DNA of 64,000 bases from Neoechinorhynchus agilis (Eukaryota; Animalia; Acanthocephala). The translations under genes and the position numbers were made by a program. The number at the start of each line of letters is the position of its first letter. Position 1 is the first letter of the stretch. The stretch is from the NCBI GenBank assembly GCA_051530055.1, contig CM121341.1, positions 17,338,784 to 17,402,783 of the forward strand. The letters are read 5' to 3'. Below are positions 59,150 through 64,000 of the stretch, in pieces. Below the pieces are notes generated by a model. The model saw nothing but the letters and a program-made list of their open reading frames with translations. It was not told the origin of the DNA and searched no databases.

Positions 59150-60330
59150 ACGTCGCAGCCGAGGATCCACATGTTCCGGCTCCGGGAGGCCACCTTCGAG
59201 AGCTTCATCTCATCGACTCTTACCCACATTATAAACCACAACTTTTTATATGGTATCTCCCCTCATGCCTGAAAACTGCTAAAGTTATCCTTCCAAAAAA
59301 AGGACACCCCATTTCTACCGAATCATTCCGTCCAATATCCATTCTGTCCGCTCTTTCAAAAATCATCGAAAAATGTATTAAATTTTGACTTCTTTCACTT
59401 CTCAACGACACGTTATCGGCTTCCAGTTCAAATTTTCTGCAACCGATACCTTACTTTGTATCCCTTTCCTTAACCTCTAAAGAAATCACACACATCAAAG
59501 ATTTCTGCTCCAATCAGAAACTCCACGTGAATTTCTCTAAATGCTTCGTAATGATCCCTTCGTTCTCCCGCAACGCCACATTCTCCCCCGAGCTTCTAAA
59601 TGACATCTTACGAGTCACTTCCCTAAGAATTCTGAGTCTCCAATTCCAATCAAGCTTGAACTGTTACTCGCAAATCACTCTCTCGCCTTTAAAATTTATC
59701 TCTTCGAACGCCTCCGACGTTTAGGAATCCCTTCACCCGATTTCTCAAAATTTTACTTCAGCTTTATTTACCCTCTCTCACCTACGGTTATCCCGTCTTT
59801 TGCAACCTATCCAAATCTCAAATCCGTCGTCTTGAAATGTTTCATAAAAGAGCATCTAAAATTTTCACAGCCGACTTTCCCCCCTCACCGAGTGCCTATA
59901 TAAGATGTTCATAAAACAAACAAAACGCCTCTCAACCCTACCACCACAATTTCTTCCACATATCGCCCCTTTTCACGTGAACACAACACTCGTAGTCATT
60001 ATTCGTTTCATCCTTCTATACCTCGCACCTTCCGATACCTCGCTCCTTTTTCCATGCTGCCCAATCTTCTGGGATATCATAACCTGAAATGAACCTGAGG
60101 AAAGACCAACCTTACAAGCGCTCCTGCAGACAATATCCGCCGATTCCCACAAGAACGGGCATAACAAGACCTGATTCCTACCCGAGCAGACATCCCCGAC
60201 CAGAAATTCTCACTCGAACCGACATACCCGGACTGGACATTAGCACCAGAACGGATATACCAAGAAAACGATTATCAGTGTGTTTATGAGGACCAAAGGT
60301 ACTTGGGTCTAATTTCCTAAACACAAAAAT
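59150..60330 (+). mobile_element. Degenerate L2/CR1-type LINE RT and 3' UTR
   Basis: KTAKVILPKKG..FRPISILSALSKIIEK; 3' hairpin near 60288-60310. Confidence 0.85.
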
Positions 60331-60370
60331 CAATTCTATCCAATTGTTCCTTCGAGTGGATTGTTATTCC

Positions 60371-60619
60371 CAATGGCGAATTGTTACACACTCGAGTTTT
60401 ATTGAAATCAATCTTGCGAATTTTCAAGGCCTCAGCCTCCTTTTCAAGCATCTAAAAATGGATGTGGTGGGGGTACCTAAGTTGGTAGCCTTGACTCGGT
60501 TGCGCGTGACTTAGGTACCCCACCACATCCATTTTTAGATGCTTGAAAAGGAGGCTGAGGCCTTGAAAATTCGCAAGATTGATTTCAATAAAACTCGAGT
60601 GTGTAACAATTCGCCATTG
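60371..60619. mobile_element. Penelope pLTR fold-back (family 4) with two intact outward-facing U3-A8 hammerheads (60415-60450 -, 60540-60575 +)
   Basis: Arms about 113 bp, essentially identical; each TGC-TTGAAAA-G-GAGGC-TGAG-GCCTT-GAA-AATT-C-GCA. Confidence 0.85.
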
Positions 60620-60739
60620 AGAATACAAAAATTAATAAAACGTGTTATTATTATATTATTCATGCAATCAACGAGGTGCGCCCGGAAAATATTCCACCCA
60701 CAACCAATCGGGTCAATGAAGATTTGATTGAATTAAGGA

Positions 60740-61750
60740 ACGTCGTAGCGCCACGAACTCCCTGAATCCGGCGTATCTTTCGATCAGCAACACCTGTGAC
60801 TGCGACGAAACTCAGAGAGTTGATTGAAGCCGATACTGACTACCCTCTAGTCGAAGTCCCGTGGGCACTCCTCGAGTTCGCTAAATAGACGTTGAGCGCC
60901 TCGTGAGTGCAACCTACAACCTCTTTAGGCTATACGCTTAGGGTTGCAATTGCCTCCTAGACCTCGAACTCGGCACCCGGAAGACGGCGACGCCCAACCT
61001 CAGAATAATATCTGTGAAAAATTTGAGAATTGTGATATATGCGATGTCCAAATTCCACAATTTAATGAACAAAAGCTGCTAAAATTTAGGAAGCACGACG
61101 CCTACTTCAATGTTGTACTTTCCAACTTGGTGTGCATCAAGCCTCGCGTCCAGTTAACTTAGGTGTTTTTGGTGATATGCGCGCAACAGAAATAACAATC
61201 TGAGCCATTGACCCATCCGTGTTCCGAACAAACCGCTTGACCGCTAGGAATAAGCTACAAGGAATTTCGAAACCTCCTTTGTTCTTGTGCCGACTTTAAG
61301 GAACGAGCATGTCTAGTTCGGTAGTTTTCTTAACGCTTTAACGATGTCGTTGACTGGTACCAAAATGGATGACCGCTCTATTGGTATCGCTTCGGCACTA
61401 CGATTATTCATGACTTGCTCAATCCCTGTGACATGCAAGTCTGGTGCCAAGACGGACAACGCAGCAACCCACGGACTCGATTGACCAAAAACGATTGCCA
61501 GGCACAATATCCACACTGGCAACGGCAAGCATTCCTTCCCTCTTCGAGGCGGTTGAGTTAAGCAGAGACAACGGAGGCCGTCTACTAGTATGAAACTTTA
61601 ACCTCCCGAATACGTTTGCTGAGAGCACCTTGTCTCTGGCAGTTTCAGGAACCCATGAAATTGTCAAAAGGGCGGCGATTCGTCGCTCTACATTTTCCAA
61701 CCTCACGCGACTAAGATAATTGGTGCAGTCAGACTAATCACCGCGTTGGC
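60740..61750 (-). mobile_element. Degenerate non-LTR retroelement-like sequence, clade uncertain
   Basis: GC-richer, repeated at 76-299; RT-thumb-like and DIVKALRKLPN translations, but no catalytic motif seen. Confidence 0.4.
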
Positions 61751-61923
61751 CGCAACAAAAAAGACCCCGGCAGCCAATAATTTTTATAAGAAAATCAGCC
61801 GTGCGATTCCGAAATGATGCAATGGCGGATAAAAATGCCCCTCATTTCCCATCATAAGATTAAATAAGGGTCAATTTTCTTGAACGATTGGATGATACCT
61901 TTGTAAAGATTTTCATCATTTAC

Positions 61924-62090
61924 TTTTTTATAGCGAATTATAATAATTGATTCATTTGATAATTTTCGGCCCTCGCGTAGGTCTTTTTCAGTCTATTGCT
62001 TGTAAGTTTTTAATATGTAAGCTTACATATTTCGCGAAGGCCGAAAATTATCAAATAAATAAATCAATTATTATAATTCGCTATAAAAAA
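61924..62090. mobile_element. Penelope pLTR fold-back (family 2)
   Basis: Same family as 10623-10773; left arm (-) CTGAAAA-A-GACC..GGCC-GAA-AATT-A. Confidence 0.75.
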
Positions 62091-62285
62091 ATTAAATATC
62101 ACCGTTAGAAATGTAGCTAACTAAATACCATCTAAAATTAATAAACTTTAAAATGTCTTCTAAAGTATGCGCATTTTGCAAACATCCATGGAACCTACAA
62201 ATGCTCCCCAGAAAGATCTTTTGACATAAACTTTATATTGTACGTAAAATTGACTCACGAAAAACTCACGAACAAACTCGAGACA

Positions 62286-64000
62286 GTGGAGTCGTATTAT
62301 TTCAGGAGGACGATATTTGTCTTGGTCTTTGGACTTTATCTTCTTGTTAAATGTAAATTCTCTAGGGATGCATCTGAAGAAAATACCTTAAAACCCAAAT
62401 CTACCCGGAATAGACGATGTATTGTTTCTAATATCACTGGAAATTATGCATCCCGCATAAATTGCAGACCTTATGGGCGTGGCCAATCGTTGCCAAATGT
62501 TCTTCGAATAGTTGGAAAAGAAGGTACAATTAATCGAGTATTCATCGAGAAAGTATCGATAGATGAATTCCCCAATGATCTTGAATTTATTCTGCCAAAC
62601 GTTGAGGACATGTCAATATTTTGTAGAAAATCAACGGACAAAGTGTTTAAAATCGACAAGTATATGATCCAAAATTTTAAACACCTCAAAAAACTTTTCA
62701 TTCAATATGCGGATTTATACGAAATTGAAGATGATTCCTTTAAGGGATTTAACGATTTAACTCATCTTAATCTAATGCGTAACAAAATAATGGTGCTGGA
62801 TTCAACGATGGGTAACCACCTTCTACAGCTTAAATTTCTTATTCTGTCCAATAATAGATTAGGCGGTGATTGTTTATCTATTATCAACCGCATTATCAAT
62901 CTAAAAGTCCTTGACCTATCGAATAATCAAATGGAAGTTGTCCTAATTCCTGATGCATGCCGATTCGACAAATTAGTGGAACTTCGAATGGAAAATAATC
63001 CTTTGCGTAGAATTCAATTAGACCGATTAACGCAATTGGAGGATTTGAAAATTTTGGCATTCAGTTTTATTGGAGAATTGAATGATTTATTCCGAGGAGA
63101 AACGATTTTTTGCAGTCTAGAGGAATTTATAGTTTCTGGCGGAACAACAAAATCTTTGAACACGAGTTTTTTACGCAAAATTCCAAAACTCACTCGCTTA
63201 GAATTTAATAAAGCGTGTCTCGAGGAAGTCCCCGCTGGAAACGAACGTACAAGCAAATTGATGGAATCTATGCTTTTGTCAAGAAATCGAATCCGTAAAC
63301 TTGATGATTCTTGTTTTTCACAATGGTCAAATCTTGACCATTTGGATTTGTCACGTAATCGAATTTCTAGCATTAGCAAATATGCATTTTCGCATCTTCG
63401 GAGACTAAGAATTCTCAACCTCAGCAGTAACCAAATTTCATATCTGTTTCAAGAACTTTTGAAGAAAAATGTCCAAATAACAAAGCTTTTACTTGCCAAT
63501 AACGATTTGATAACACTACCTGAACATTTCCTGAAGACCTTGAAGAATCTTCAAATGCTCGATTTGTCTAATAATCCATTAAGTGTTATCGATACGATTA
63601 CCGTTGGAGCGAATAATGTTAGACAATGTATTGTAAAGAATACTCCAATTTCGCTTTTATTGTACGATGCCAAGCGAAATACTGATACATTTCTAGAAAT
63701 TTTCGATGTCGTAGAATTTATGCCTCAACCATCACGAGAAGCTTTTGGTGTTCAGGACATGGCTCGGCACTTAAATATCACAATAAATGTTACTGTGCTA
63801 ACATCGAAGAATCTACATCACATAAAAGACGTTCATCAACTTATCAATGGAAATGAGACGTTTTCACTCGACTTGAGCCATAATAAAATATCCGTAATCG
63901 ATAATGACGATTTTCTTTTATTAACAAATCTTCGATTCCTATGCGTTCAATTCAACAAGATTTGGAAAATTGTTCCTCGATCGTTTGAATATTGCCAGGA
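62286..64000 (+). CDS. LRR protein copy 2 (paralog of 51797), open to window end; ATG replaced by GTG
   Basis: Continuous stop-free frame by manual translation; gagacaGTG versus gagacaATG in copy 1; upstream 150 bp also homologous. Confidence 0.85.
   Translation, partial: MESYYFRRTIFVLVFGLYLLVKCKFSRDASEENTLKPKSTRNRRCIVSNITGNYASRINCRPYGRGQSLPNVLRIVGKEGTINRVFIEKVSIDEFPNDLEFILPNVEDMSIFCRKSTDKVFKIDKYMIQNFKHLKKLFIQYADLYEIEDDSFKGFNDLTHLNLMRNKIMVLDSTMGNHLLQLKFLILSNNRLGGDCLSIINRIINLKVLDLSNNQMEVVLIPDACRFDKLVELRMENNPLRRIQLDRLTQLEDLKILAFSFIGELNDLFRGETIFCSLEEFIVSGGTTKSLNTSFLRKIPKLTRLEFNKACLEEVPAGNERTSKLMESMLLSRNRIRKLDDSCFSQWSNLDHLDLSRNRISSISKYAFSHLRRLRILNLSSNQISYLFQELLKKNVQITKLLLANNDLITLPEHFLKTLKNLQMLDLSNNPLSVIDTITVGANNVRQCIVKNTPISLLLYDAKRNTDTFLEIFDVVEFMPQPSREAFGVQDMARHLNITINVTVLTSKNLHHIKDVHQLINGNETFSLDLSHNKISVIDNDDFLLLTNLRFLCVQFNKIWKIVPRSFEYCQ

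Overview
AT-rich eukaryotic (invertebrate animal-like) genomic DNA with very short GT-AG introns (mostly 45-55 nt), standard genetic code and a heavy load of decayed retroelements. Host genes: an intronless rhodopsin-family peptide GPCR, PNKP (6 exons), two paralogous 80-aa EF-hand genes, a secreted Cys-rich protein, a disco/basonuclin-like zinc-finger gene, a Pmp3/RCI2 membrane peptide, a probable fascin-like beta-trefoil gene, ATM (with apparent frameshifts and a 216-bp insertion in the kinase domain) and two tandem-duplicated secreted LRR genes. Mobile DNA: two Ty3/Gypsy elements plus a solo LTR, many L2/CR1-type LINE pieces, CRE-type RLE retrotransposons, at least five Penelope-like (GIY-YIG) families and MITEs. 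The most striking signal is catalytic-RNA-like. (i) At 7095-7158 (-) there is a complete hammerhead ribozyme core with three perfect stems whose strands are in a non-circularly permuted (pseudoknotted) order, just downstream of a Pol III B-box. (ii) Many Penelope-derived minimal hammerheads are present, including a family with the compensatory U3-A8 core variant, often as outward-facing pairs in fold-back elements. The full-length Gypsy has no tRNA primer-binding site; the 15 nt in that position are complementary to its own LTR, suggesting Tf1-like self-priming. All assignments come from reading the sequence by eye; no searches or folding programs were run.
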